From NCBI GenBank assembly GCA_965153355.1, contig OZ231126.1, positions 18,600,001-18,664,000 on the forward strand: DNA of 64,000 nt. The letters are read 5' to 3'. The notes under the pieces were generated by a model that was not told the DNA's origin, did no database searches, and saw only the letters and a list, made by a program, of their open reading frames with translations. A program made the position numbers and the translations under genes. Below are positions 1-12,500 of the stretch, piece after piece. This DNA comes from Flaccisagitta enflata. Its lineage: Eukaryota. Every line of letters starts with the position of its first letter. The first letter of the stretch is position 1.

Positions 1-323
1 ACCAATCATTGTAAAATTGGTGACCAAAATAGAGATTTTTTGATGCTCCAGCCCATCCTGAAAGAATTTTTGATCAATATGGCCCACAAAAAATTCTATC
101 GACTCTCAAAGCAGGTGCTAAAAGCCAGATATTATTGCTTATTAGGCGAAATTGGTAGTATGATTACGCAACTTCCAGTTGAAATAAAGCCGGATACACG
201 GCTACCCTAGTTGCATGTGGGTGGGCAAGGGCTGCGTTTGTGGTCACTGGAGCGTTTGGGCAGTAGTAGTGATGTCCAAGAATAAAACATATAAAAAGAT
301 TGGGTGGACGGACAGATGGACGG

Positions 324-949
324 TAGCTTGTACCGAAATGACAATAAACAATAAAATCAGAATTCTACAAGTAGTTCTTGTTGTGGGGCTGTCTTGGGCT
401 TCTAATGACATTAATTTCAGTTCGAAAATTTTGCATCTTGCTGGCCGCGCCTTACCTTGAAATTTCCTTTAGCCTATAGGAAACCAAAAAATACAAGTTA
501 CTAAAATCCCATTTTTGACTGCGTATTTGAAATCTGCATGAAAAACTGATAATTGAAAAATTCCTTTCCTTTTTCAAATTCTTTCAGGATCATAGTCAAA
601 AATTCATCTTGAAAGATATGACAAAAGAGTAAATTCAACGATTTACAAAAAGAAATAAAAGAAAGGTAAGTTTTTGCAAACTTATTATTATTCTGGCACC
701 TTTAGTTAGAATATTGAAAAAGGCACTAAGTTAACAGTTTACTATACAGGCTAAAATCTACTGTCCAAAACACATATTCAAAGCACTTTGAAATTTTTGG
801 TTCCCTATAGAGGTAGGTTTTACCAAGGTGGGGGCAGGAAAGCAAGTAGGATTTGATAGCAAAGCTGATCTTAACAGAATCTCCAGACAACCACAACGCA
901 AAGTGCATATTGGAATGCCGTTATCACTTGTCATTTTAAGTACAAGCTA
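324..949. mobile_element. Non-autonomous hAT-like DNA transposon (626 bp)
   Basis: TIR TAGCTTGTAC..AAATGACAA / TTGTCATTT..GTACAAGCTA. 8-bp TSD ATGGACGG at 316-323 and 950-957. The empty site is visible in the opposite arm at ~6520-6540. Confidence 0.85.
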
Positions 950-3041
950 ATGGACGGTCAAATCAGAGTGTAGAGACGCATATCACGTGACTAAAAACGA
1001 CTTAAAATCTATGAGAAAATTTAACTACTGCCCATGTGGTAACCAGTGGTGCAATCAGCACATCTAGATTTTGATGCGTCACAAGCAGCTACCCTAGGGA
1101 TCATTCAGGCATCATTGAAAATGATAGTGATAAAATGACCAACTAACCAGAAACGTAGTAGGTTGAAGTTCTTTCCCACAGCGTCACCATACATAGACAA
1201 AGACAGCTTTGAGTGCCCTGAGCCGCGACTGATGCAGAAGTGTCATATACCACTTGGGGAACACCAATCACCCACTGGGAATTTTTTTCGAAGGCAAAAA
1301 AGTGATTTTTCCTTGTTAATACGCAACTCCTCTTTTGATAAGATGTTGGTTTAATTCAATTGCCTTTTTTCAGAATGAAACTTAATTTGTTCAGCAACCC
1401 CTTGACCGATTAAGTTGAAATTTTACATGAATCAACGTCTTAAAAAATGTTGTCAAACAAGTCCAATCCCAGCATTGTGGCTTTACTAGAGGATGATTTA
1501 TGATTTTCTAAAGATTTAAAAAATGTAACGATTTAAGCTAGAAGCTTTTGTATTCATTCTTCTCATCAAAGTGATATTAATAGAAAATTTGCTTTAGATA
1601 ACATGAATTGAATATGAATATGAAATACAAGGTTGTAAACACAGCTACCAAATTCATGTGGGTGGGCAGGGGCAGTGATAAGAAAGGCTAACCCAAGCAT
1701 TTGGGCCGGAGCAATAACACAATAACTATGTAGCCAAGAATAGCTAACACAGACTTGAATAGCAGGGCCAGCCTGACATCTCACGCAGCCAGCAGGCTGG
1801 ATGCCACGGCTGATCGGCTGCCTGGTGTGCCCGGGTGGGCAGGTGCAGTGCTGGAGAAGGTCACTAGAGCATCTGGGCAGGAGCTGTATGCTCAAAAAAC
1901 TCAAAAACAATGAAAAAGTAAAAAGGGGACCGACCGACCAACCAACCAATGGACCGACATAGCGGGGTGTAAAGTTGTGTAGCACACGACTGAAAATTGT
2001 ATTTGTCAGCTTTGAAGTATGCTTTAAACTGCTTTCCCACATAACATTTGAGTTTAGTTCCTATTGAGTTGTTTTTAAGGCTAAGTGCTATGTTGAGAAA
2101 AAAACCATTACTATCTTGGAAAAAATAAAAGTCCCACCTATATGGCTAATTTGTGATGAAACAACTTAAGAGAACCTATTAAAATCAGTGACCATTAGAA
2201 AGAGCTTGAAAAAATCTTCAAAATGGCGCCAAGCAGAGCTATGTGGCTCAATTTTAGATTTTAAAACTAAAAGTGAACGTTCACGTAATAGGCAAAATAT
2301 GCGAAATATGAAAAAAATGAGGAAAAAAATTGTGCATTTTATTTTTTTTAATTTTTAAGAACATAAGCTGATAAATAAATATGAAAATTGGTGACTTAAT
2401 TTGAAAGAACTAATCTGTCTTTTGCCATGACAGATTTTTAGTTCATTTCGTTTAGATTTTTATATCAAATAGACCAGTACTTTGATCTGACAGCGCTAAA
2501 AACAAAAATTGTTAAGAAAATCAATGGACTTGTTATACAAAATTGTTAAAAAATCCTTCATCTTTGTCTACCCAAATGATTACAAATGATGTTTGGTACC
2601 AAAATGACCTAAACTAATTATTTCTACAGAAAAATTGAATTTTGTACAGGAAATAACAGCAATAAAAAACTATACTGTTTTACTTGGACTTTTATTTTGG
2701 CCAAGATGATAATAACCAATGATCATTTAAAAAAAAACTCACATTCTCACTCAAAACAAACCTGTATAAAAGCATAGAGAGTTACCTGGTGGAGCTTAAA
2801 CAATTGCTTTCATTTCATGTGGAAAATACAGCTTGTTTATTCTTCTCAAATTTTCTGACATTGATCACTCATGTCTCGCACAGGCTCACGCGCACACACA
2901 TGCACAAACACTGTCACACACAAGGACATGACATTGAACACACATACATATGTAAACACAGGCACACACACACACACACACACACACACATCGACACACA
3001 CACAAAGTCTAATGCAAGGGGGGGGTGAATATTACCGCTAA

Positions 3042-3515
3042 TTGGCTGCTCTCAAAGCATTTGATGCAGTAATCACTCTCTGTTTCGGTTATGGACTGGA
3101 TCCTTGCTATATGACCTACTTTAAAGATTCTGAGAATGCCTTGTTTGATTTTAATTTGAACATGATTCCAAAATAACATATCTTGCTCAAACATTTACCG
3201 GAGGAATTGCAGCAAACAGGTGAAGAAACATTTCTTTTTTGGTTCAATAATGAACATCCTAATATGATTCACCATCCGTTGGTTAGACTGTCGGTCTTGC
3301 CAGATGCGCCAACTACGCCTGTGAGTCTAGCCTTGATCCTACAAATATGAATCATATAGTTAGGGTAACAAACATGGTCTCCACTGTATGCCTTGATGCA
3401 TGTTTGAGGTGTGTCAATATAACAGGCCACGGCACTGTGATTTTGGAGGAGTTGGCGGATGAAAGTTCACGCAGACTTTGATAAACATTATCAAGGATTC
3501 ATCGTCAAAAATTTG
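3042..3515 (+). pseudogene. Degenerate C-terminal fragment of a DDE transposase (Transib/Chapaev/RAG1-like group), with a probable intron at 3220-3425
   Basis: Translation LAALKAFDAVITLCFGYGLDPCY...NMIPK*HILLKHLPEELQQTG, then after GT..AG: HG...EELA(frameshift)VHADFDKHYQGFIVKNL. This resembles the PKxHxxxxHxPE...G.G..SEQ..ESxH.DF region of these transposases (recalled, not searched). In-frame TAA at 3174-3176. Confidence 0.5.
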
Positions 3516-3656
3516 GATGCGTCATCATACCCGTGTGTGTGTCCATTTGCTGTGTGAATGTGTATGTTTGTGTATGAGTGTGTGTGTGTGTGTTTTACTA
3601 ATTGTGTTTTATGATCTAGTACTGTAAAAAGTTATGTTTTCCCCAAATTTCCTTTT

Positions 3657-4432
3657 TAGGCAGCAGCCCCGAAGGGGCTGATGACCTATGCTTTCACACA
3701 GGAGAAATTTCTCCTCCTTCTTCTCCTCCTCCTTCTACGTCCCCTCAGGACTCGGGACCCAAATCCCACCCTCAAAGCTCATATCCCAGCCCTAACCCCC
3801 AAATTCTAGCCTAGAAGCCCAAATTTCAGCATTGACACTCAAATTTTAGCCTGCAGGCCCAAATTTTATCCTCGAGTCCCTAATTCCTGGCTTGAATCCC
3901 AAATCTTAATCTCAAGACCCAAATCCTGTTCAATCCTGTTCATTTCTCAGCTTCCAGGCCCAAATCCCATCAGCATAGGTCACCGGCCCCTTTGGGGCCG
4001 CTGACCCTCTCACCATCACATCCACACACTTACAGGGGCAACAGGTACCGCTGACCATCTAACGCTTTTGCGACTATTTTCTCTTTTCTGGGCAGCAGCC
4101 CCAACCGGGGAACACAGGGGACTTTTGTTTGTCCCTTTGTCCGTTTGTTTGTGCGTTCAAGCGTCCCCCCCCAGGCCCTATCAGGCCTGAAATCTGCCCT
4201 CTCAAGCCTGAAATCTGCCCTCTCAAGCCTAAAATCTGCCCTCTCATGGCTGAAATCTGCCCTCTCAGGCCTGAAATCTGCCCTCGAACCTCGAATCTGC
4301 CCTCTCAGACCTGAAATCCGCCCCCTCAGGTCTGAAATCTGCCTTTTCAGGCCCTCACAGGCCTTACATCTACCCTCTCAGCCTGAGAGGGCAGATGTCA
4401 GGCCTGAGAGGGTAGATTTCAGGCCTGAGAGG
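3657..4432. mobile_element. Short interspersed elements with GGGCAGC(A/G)GCCCC / GGGGCCGCTG(A/C)CC sub-terminal inverted repeats and internal ~21-bp tandem repeats; two adjacent copies, related copies at ~7010-7410 and ~49880-50930
   Basis: Shared ends and 21-bp units such as GCCTGAAATCTGCCCTCTCAA and CCCAAATCCCAGCC recur at several loci. Confidence 0.6.
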
Positions 4433-4434
4433 GC

Positions 4435-4437
<3 letters not shown>

Positions 4438-4502
<65 letters not shown>
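4438..4502. repeat. (GT)n microsatellite
   Basis: Pure TG run seen directly. Confidence 0.95.
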
Positions 4503-4503
<1 letters not shown>

Positions 4504-6176
4504 CACATACAGGGTCCGAAAAATTTTTTTGCTGCCTACGAACTATGTTCTTTATCTGATTCGTGCCAAAAAATTCATACATGTTTTTTTTTCTCTTGTA
4601 AAAAAGGAAACTATCAAAAACATATACTCTCAATATTTTTTAAGCAAATAGACTATCTTGACTTTTTAGTCATGGACACGCAACTTTACACCTTGCCATA
4701 TCAGTCCGTAGGTAGATAAGTCGATCAGTCAAACCGCCGTCACATTTTTGAATTCCAGGCAGTTTTTGCATTACTGCTCCTGCCCAACTGTCCGCGAATG
4801 GATTGCCATGTATCTGGCCTTGTTTGGTTTTATGCCTCTTTTTTGCACCTTTTTTTTTCCATTATTTTTCCCTTTCATTCCTCTTTTCCCTTCTTTTTCC
4901 CCTCTCTCTTCTGCCTACAAAGTGGCTAGCTGCCTTGGAGCAATGCTCCCGTGCTCCCGCACTTTGTCGTACCCTGTTCACATATGTATGTGTGTTCAAT
5001 GTCATGTCTATATGTGTGTGTGTGAGTGTTCGTGCATGTGTGTGTGCGTGGGCCTGTGCAAGACTTGTGTGATCGATGTCAGAAAATTTGAGAAGGATAA
5101 ACAAGCTGTATTGCCCAAAATCAAATTGAGATGTGTTTTATGACCAGTTCCAGCAATCCTTGCTTTGGTAAGAATATTCTCCAAAGAACTAAGTATATCA
5201 GCATAACATAATAGATTTTTAATCAGCGTGCTCTGTCACTCTTTTATCGGTCCATTGATCGTCCGTTGGTCACTTCCTTTTTGTTTTTGTAGTTTTTTGG
5301 CCTCCCTGCTCCTGCCCAAATGATCCGGTTACCTCAATTGAGGCCTCTGCCCACTCGCACGCGACTGGGGTAGCCGTGTATCCGGCCTTGTTCTCATCTT
5401 AGCAGCTTTCTCATCTTTGTTGTTTTTGAGCTTTTTGAGCATACAGCTCCTGCCCAGATGCTCTAGCGACCTTCTCCAGCACTGCTTTTGCCCACCCGCA
5501 CTCAATTACGGTAGCCCTGTATCCAGCCTTGTTAGTTGCATGCGTGATAGGTCAGTAGGTCTGTCAGTCTGTAGGTCTGTGTTAGCTTTTTTGGCGTTTT
5601 TGCATTTTGGGCGGTTTTTGTGTTACTGCTCCTGCCCAAATGTGAGTTGGTAGCTCTTATCCTGCACATACTTACCCGCATGTGACATTGTTGGCTGTGT
5701 GTGCACCTTGTGTTTCATATTTATGTTATCAGCAAATTTAATATCACTTTGATGAGAAGAATAAATACAAAAGCTTCTTGTAAATCATCACATTTTTAAA
5801 TCTTTAAAATCATAAATCATCTTCTAGTAAAGCCACAATGCTGGGATTGGACTCGTTTGACAGCATTTTTTAAGACGTTGATTCATGTAAAATTTCAACT
5901 TAATCGGTCAAGGGGTTGCTGAACAAATTGAGTTTCATTCTGAAAAAAGGCAATTGAATTAAACCAACATCTTATCAAAAGAGGAGTTGCATATTAACAA
6001 GGAAAAATCACTTTTTTGCCTTCGAAAAAATTTCCCAGCGGGTGATTGGTGTTCCCCAAGTGGCATATGACACTTCTGCATCAGTCGCGGCTCAGGGCAC
6101 TCAAAGCTGTCTTTGTCTATGTATGGTGACGCTGTGTTCCGCCTAGATGCATTTATCGACATGACAATTACTAGGC

Positions 6177-6372
6177 AACAAGGCCGGATACACGGCTACC
6201 CCAGTCGCGTGCGGGTGGGCAGGGGCCATAATTGAGGTCAACGGAGCATTTGGGCAGGAGCAGTAAGGCCAAAAACCCCATTAACGCCGAAAAAGTAAAG
6301 TGTGACGGACGGACGGACCGACGGACGGACGGACAAAGCGGGGTGTAGAGTCGCGTAGCACGCGACTAAAAA
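6177..6372 (+). mobile_element. Helentron/DINE-1-like short element, family A (representative full copy)
   Basis: Starts AACAAGGCCGGATACACGGC, has a (GACG/GACC)n microsatellite, and ends in the hairpin AGTCGCGT-agc-ACGCGACT followed by AAAAA. Other copies at ~187-997 (interrupted), ~1627-1995, ~5280-5390(-), ~6490-6668(-), 28974-29120, 35803-35992, 37766-37920, 38132-~38300 and 38677-38889. Confidence 0.7.
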
Positions 6373-6694
6373 TGACATCTGACCTTTGAAGTCCTGTAGA
6401 ATCATGACGCATCAAAATCTAGATGTGCTGATTGCACCTATGGTTACCACATGGGCAGTAGTTAAATTTGCTCATAGATTTTAAGTCGTTTTTAGTCACA
6501 TGATATGCGTCTCTACACTCTGATTTGACCATCCATCTGCCCGTCCACCCAATCTTTTTATATCTTTTATTCTTGGACATCACTACTACTGCCCAAATGC
6601 TCCAGTGACCACAAACGAAGCCCTTGCCCACCCACATGCGACTAGGGTAGCCGTGTATCCGGCTTTGTTTCAACTGGAAGTTGCGTAATCATAC

Positions 6695-7801
6695 TATGCG
6701 AATTAAAAAAAACGCAAGTTTTTCTATAGGTGATTTCTGCGCCTTTGGTTCACTTGAGATATGATTTACTGGTGACCAAATTAAAGCTTTTTTCAAGGGC
6801 TTTCTTTTGAGCGCAATCCCACATCTGTAGCTTTATTCGTTTAGAAATTACACTCAAATGAAGGTGCATGAGTCAAAATTTAAAAATGCAGTAAGAGGAA
6901 AAACTAGTCATCCAAGGATCGCACATGGTCAGCGGTGCCCGATGCCTGTGAGTAATCAGTAAGAGTTGGAGTGGAAGCGGCGTGGCAGACAGTCCTGTGG
7001 ACACGTGTGGTCCCTCATACGTCCTCAGAGGCATATTTGGGGTAATTTTCCATAATATTCATTGGGAATTTTGAATTTTCTCAATTTTTTGTCAATTTGC
7101 CATATTATTCAATGGAATTTGAGGCCTGAGAGAGCTGGATTAAGTCCAGAGGCTGAATTTGAGGCCATGAGGCTGGATTGAGGCCTGAGAGGCTGGATTT
7201 GGGCCCAGGTGGATTTGGGCCTGAGAGGTTGACGGAGGCCTGAGAGGCCAGATTTGAGGCCCGAGAGACCAGATTTGAGGCCTGAAAGGCTGGATTTAGT
7301 CCGTGAGCTTGAGGAAGCCGGATGGGAGGGTGCGTGCGGACAGAAAGACGTACGTGTTTTACCCCTGTGTCCTACAGGACATCGGCCCTTTGGGGCCGCT
7401 GCCCAAAAAGGATGTTTTGGGGGTGAAGATGATGGAGTAATTGCACTGCTATGAGCAATCGGGCATTGTTCTACCCATGCTGTCTGCTTTTATAGTTCTA
7501 ATGTTTGAGTTCCTCAATGTCTATGATGAAAAATGAAGCACTGACTTTAATTGAATGTGATAAAACCTTTAAAATCAACATGAATCAAACTGAAAATCAA
7601 AGGCGAAAAATATGTCAAGTACATGTCCTTTTTGCATGGCTATTTCTCTGCATCAACTTGATTCTGATGGCCTAAACTCTTTGAAATGATGCAAAAAAAC
7701 TAAAAAAAACCAAACTAGCTTGCAAAAAGCTGCTCAGAACAGAAATAAAGTCCAATTTTAGCTCTTTAATGACAAACTTGCGTTTTTTTTTAATTCGGGT
7801 A
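6695..7801. mobile_element. TIR-bounded insertion (~1.1 kb) private to the right arm of the inverted duplication
   Basis: TIR TAtgCGAATTAAAAAAAACGCAAGTTT / AAACTTGCGTTTTTTTTTAATTCGggTA. ATAC (or ATACTA) is duplicated on both sides. The empty site is at ~150-170 in the left arm. Confidence 0.75.
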
Positions 7802-7939
7802 ATACTACCAATTTCGCCTAATAAGCAATAATATCTGGCTTTTAGCAACTGCTTTGAGAGTCAATAGAATTTTTTGTGGGCCATATTGATCAAAAATTCT
7901 TTCAGGATGGGCTGGAGCATCAAAAAATCTTCATTTTGG

Positions 7940-9340
7940 TCACCAATTTTACTATGATTGGTTCATTTAAAGCCGAGTTATATCAAAATTTGTGAAAAGA
8001 GTCATATTGCCATTAAAATCACAACCGCAAAATGACCCTCATACCCTTTCATCTTTGAAATGCTATAAAATCTCAACAAATTAAGATAGAAATATGCAGA
8101 TTGCACCACTGGTTAGCTCTTGAGCTCTATTTTTATAATCTCATAGATTTTTTTTTATCGATACCTATGACAAAGTGACCCAAAATTGAGGCCAAAATGG
8201 CCAAAATCACCATAAATGGTCATTTTGACATACCCTTTTATCTTTGAAGTTCTGTAAAATCTAAATTCAAAAACATATTGACATGCCGATTGCACCACTA
8301 GTTAGCTCTTGAGCAGTACTTTATTTTGCTCATGGATTTCAAGTATTTTTAAAAAATAAAGTGGTCTAAATTTTGTCCAAAATTGCCCAATTTTCAAGAA
8401 AATTGACTTTTTACATTTTGGCAGTCAATAAAAAAATTGAGGACAAAATCGATCAAAATTTTTTTACCATCAGCTAGAGCAGCAAAAACTCTTCAATTTG
8501 ATCACCAATTTTATGCAAATTGGTCCATTTAAAGCTGAGAAATACTGAAAAATGTGAAAAGAGTCAAAATTGCCTTTAAAATTGACACTGCACCCTCATA
8601 CCCTTTCATCTTTGGAATGCTCTCAAATCTAAACAAATAAAGATAAAAACATGCGGATTGCGCCATTAGTTAGCTCTTGAGCTCTAGTTTTATAATCTCA
8701 TGGATTTTTTTTATCGATTTTTACAGCAAAGTGACCCAAAATTGAGGCCAAAATGGCCAAATTTACCATAAATGGTCATTTTGACATACCCTTTGATCTT
8801 TGATGTTTTGTAAAATCTAAATGCCAAAACATATTGACATGCCGATTGCACCACTAGTTAGCTCTTGAGCAGTACTTTATTTTGCTCATGGATTTTAAGT
8901 ATTTTTAAAAAATGGAAGCGGTCCAATTTTTTGTCCAAAATTGCCCAATTTTTAAGAAAATTGACTTTTTTACACCTGCTTTGGCAGTCAATAAAAAAAA
9001 TTAAGGGCAAAATCGATCAAAAATCTTTTTACCATCAGCTAGAGCGGCAAAAACTCTTCAATTTGATCACCAATTTCATGCAAATTGGTCCATTTAAAGC
9101 TGAGAAATACTAAAAAATGTGAAAAGAGTCAAAATTGCCTTTAAAATTGACACTGCAAAATGACCCTCATACCCTTTCATCTTTGAAATGCTCTCAAATC
9201 TAAACAAATAAAGATAAAAACATGCGGATTGCGCCACTAGTTAGCTCTTGAGCTCTAGTTTTATAATCTCATGGATTTTAGGTTCGATTTCTAAGGCAAA
9301 GTGGCCCAATTTTGCGGCCAAAATGACCTAAATTTGACAT
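7940..9340. repeat. ~565-bp tandem repeat (about 2.5 units) with shorter internal subrepeats, probably subterminal repeats of a DNA transposon
   Basis: CACCAATTT..ATTGGT(T/C)CATTTAAAGC recurs at ~7941, ~8503 and ~9068. GTTAGCTCTTGAG recurs five times. Confidence 0.8.
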
Positions 9341-9541
9341 TTTTACCACAACCACCATCCAGTTCTGATCAAAATATCAAAACTGGAACCTCTAAATCAC
9401 GGAGAAAAGTCATATAGCGAGTAGTTTTCAATAGTATAGACATAGTCTGTTTAAAAAAGCTGCGGGCTGGGGTGTTCAATTGATTTGATGTAAAAACCAT
9501 TGGCCCTACCGGTCACACAATCACTCATCCAGCGCCCAGCA

Positions 9542-12500
9542 ATGGATACAACCAGCCGAGACATCCGAAATATCGACGTCAACGATAAACAAAACAACGC
9601 TCGAGCAGAGGCAAACGCTCAAACCACTCTCCAATCCTCAATGACAGAAAAATCGCCATTGGCATCGACATTTTCCGAGAAAGATCGGCGCAAACCTTCG
9701 TCTCGGCCCATCATGTCATCGACGGACGATGACGTTATCATCGACCCCGCCGATGAGTCTTACCCGGCGCCATGTTCCTCTTCCTCCACCGCCGACGACC
9801 CCTTTGAAGACGCGTTTCTCAACGACGCCGCTTCGTCGTCCGAAGGCGGCCGGACGAGCAAAAGCGGCTCCTCGCGTTCGTGTGCCTTGCGGTTCTTCGG
9901 CGGTTACGCCTCGTGCCTCATCCGTTTTCCTTACCTCATTTTATTCTTCGTGGTTTTCCTCTCTTCCATCCTCGTCCTCGTCGCCTTTCTCGTCGGATCT
10001 GCGCCGGATTTTGATAATCCCGGCGAAGGATTCGCGCCGAGATATTCGGACCTCAGCAAAAGACTCAACACGTGGAGTTTAATCGCCGAAAAGTCAGGAC
10101 TGCAAAACGTTTTGGCGTACTATCCTCAGTCTGAGGAAGAAAGACGACGACAAGCGATGAGAGAGGAGACGGAGGTGGTAGATGAAGAGGTAGAAGAAGA
10201 CGAAGCAAAGTATAAAGATGTGAGGAGGCGTAAAAGAAGATACACAAAAAGACACTCAAAAAATGACCACCGTCGAAGAGGCAAAAGCGGCGGCAATAAA
10301 AAGCCATCGCAACCATATTTTTGCGACATTCCTCGCCCCAACTACGCGCACTTAAGCATGAGTTGCCGCGGCGATTCTCTTTCTCATCACCAACAGCGTC
10401 GATGCGACTTACTGACTTTATCGGCCATTCGCACTTCCTGCAGCATGGAATCCGCCGTGACGAGACAACGTCAATTCAGTGACATTTGCTTGACGCAACC
10501 ACGTCGTCGAAGGCGTTGTTGCCGAAGCTGGTCTTTGGGCAACTACGTCGCCAAAATGGCCAACAAACCTTCCTGCGAGAGCCTCGACGAAGACGACCTT
10601 GAGAGAGTCAAAGACAAACTGAAAAGATGCGCTCCGTCTTTCATCGACGGCGGATTGACGGAGGACTGTTGGGACGACGAGGACCAACTGCAGCCTTGGT
10701 GCCGCAAATTGCCACGAGAATGTGTCTCTGATCATTACGTGTTTTACTTCTTCCAGTATATCGCCGAGGCAAATTTCTCGGCGAGACTCGCGGTGTATGC
10801 GACAAATTCTTCTTCTTCTTCTTCTTCTTCTTCTTCTTCTTCTTCTTCTTCTTCTTCTTCTTCTTCTTCTTCTTCTTCTTCTTCTTCTTCTTCTCCTCTC
10901 AGAGACGATATCGGCCTGAATTACCCAACGCTCAATCACGCGCTTACTTTTTTTCCAATCACAACCGGACTCCTCAGCGAACCTATTTATTCCAACATCT
11001 CTACCAACGACCTCTGGCGTGATGACGTAGAAATTTCCTCTTTCCAATTCGGCTTAAAGACTTTAATTTTCGACGAGAGCGTGAAAAGAGACGCCGCTTA
11101 TCTCTCGGCGGCGCTCTTAGCTGTATTCCTCGTGACGTGGATTTACACCAAATCCATTCTCCTCACCTTCTTCTCCATGCTACAAATCATTTTGTCCTTG
11201 GGAGTATCATATTTCGTCTACACCGTCGTTTTCGGCATTCAAGTATTTCCCTTCATGAATTTATTGACCATCGTCATTCTTCTCGGCGTGGGAACTGATG
11301 ACACTTTCGTCTTCGTGACGCTGTGGACGAAATTTCAGCTGTACAATCAACAGTCGAGACGAATAGACGACGATCCTATATCGATAACCACGGCCGCGGC
11401 GACTGCAGCGGCTGCCACCAACGTATCCGCGGGAAGATTCTCGTCAACGTCCACGTCGAGTCCCGTTGTTGAGAGAGCGGAGAAAGAGGAGGAGGACAAT
11501 GACGCTCAAAGGGCAGATATTATGGAAAATGTCACAGGTAGCAAAAAAAGAACTTCCACCGAAGAAGATGATGAAGAAACATTTGACAACAGTGATTTAA
11601 AATCTCGCCCACCATCGTCCATGTTGGCGAAAGACATGCCGGTGGAATGGCATCACCGCTTATCCCTCGCCTTACGCCATTCCTTTCTCTCCATGTTTGC
11701 CACATCCTTCACCACGTCGGCCGCTTTTATGGCCTCCTTTTTCGCCTCGGACATCGTCGCCGTTCGTACCTTTTCTCTTTTCGCCGCCGTCTCTGTCATG
11801 GCCAATCTATTCTTCACTCTGACGGTGCTGCCGTCGGTGGCGTTGTTGCATTTAAGATACTTTTCGACGTATTCGTTCTTTAACAACGCTTGGCTCTCAT
11901 CATTGAAATGGGTCCGACGATTCTCCAGCCTCCTCCTCCGTTTCAAGACGCGCTGCCTTGCTTTCTTCCTCCGTCTGGTGTCTCGCTTCGGATTCGTCTC
12001 TCTTACAATCCTGACAATCATCGTCGGCGCCAGCGTCGTCGTCGTCTTTGTGACGCCGGGACTCTCGCTGCCATCCTCCGCCAACTTCCAAGTTTTTCCA
12101 CGATCCAATCTCATGGAAAAATACGACATGGAGATGAAAAGCAAATTCCGCTTCGCGATGATGAATGAGGAGGAAGCGGCCGCCGTTCAACGAATGCCTC
12201 TGACTTTCGTTTGGGGCGTTTTACCGGCGAGTAACGGCGTTTACTGGGACACTTTTGATCTTGGACATTTGGAATTTGATCCAGAATTCGATCTTCTCGC
12301 TCCGAGAAGTCAAAAATGGATGCTGCAATTTTGCCGTAACTTGCGCAAACAACCGTTTTACGGCAGTAACTTTGAAGGATTGCAACTGTCCAATTGCTTC
12401 CTCGAAAGGTTCGTCGATTGGATGAAGAGTCCCTGTGAGAATCCAATCACAGGAGATGACCTTCAACCTTGCTGCAACGAAACCTCGTTTCCATACTCTC

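Larger units (their letters stand above)
1..7961. repeat. Large inverted duplication (foldback-like): left arm ~1-2960, right arm ~4975-7961; left arm continues beyond the window
   Basis: Reverse-complement matches read by eye: 1-161 with 7802-7961; 156-323 plus 950-1083 with ~6403-6694; ~1179-1600 with ~5737-6137 (the ORF track gives nearly the same peptide at 1163+ and 5959-); ~2826-2960 with ~4975-5111. Each arm has its own private insertions. Confidence 0.85.

Noticed and set aside
1163-1354. Duplicated 63-67-aa ORF (also 5959-6162 on the minus strand)
   Set aside because: Reflects the inverted duplication; no recognisable protein features.
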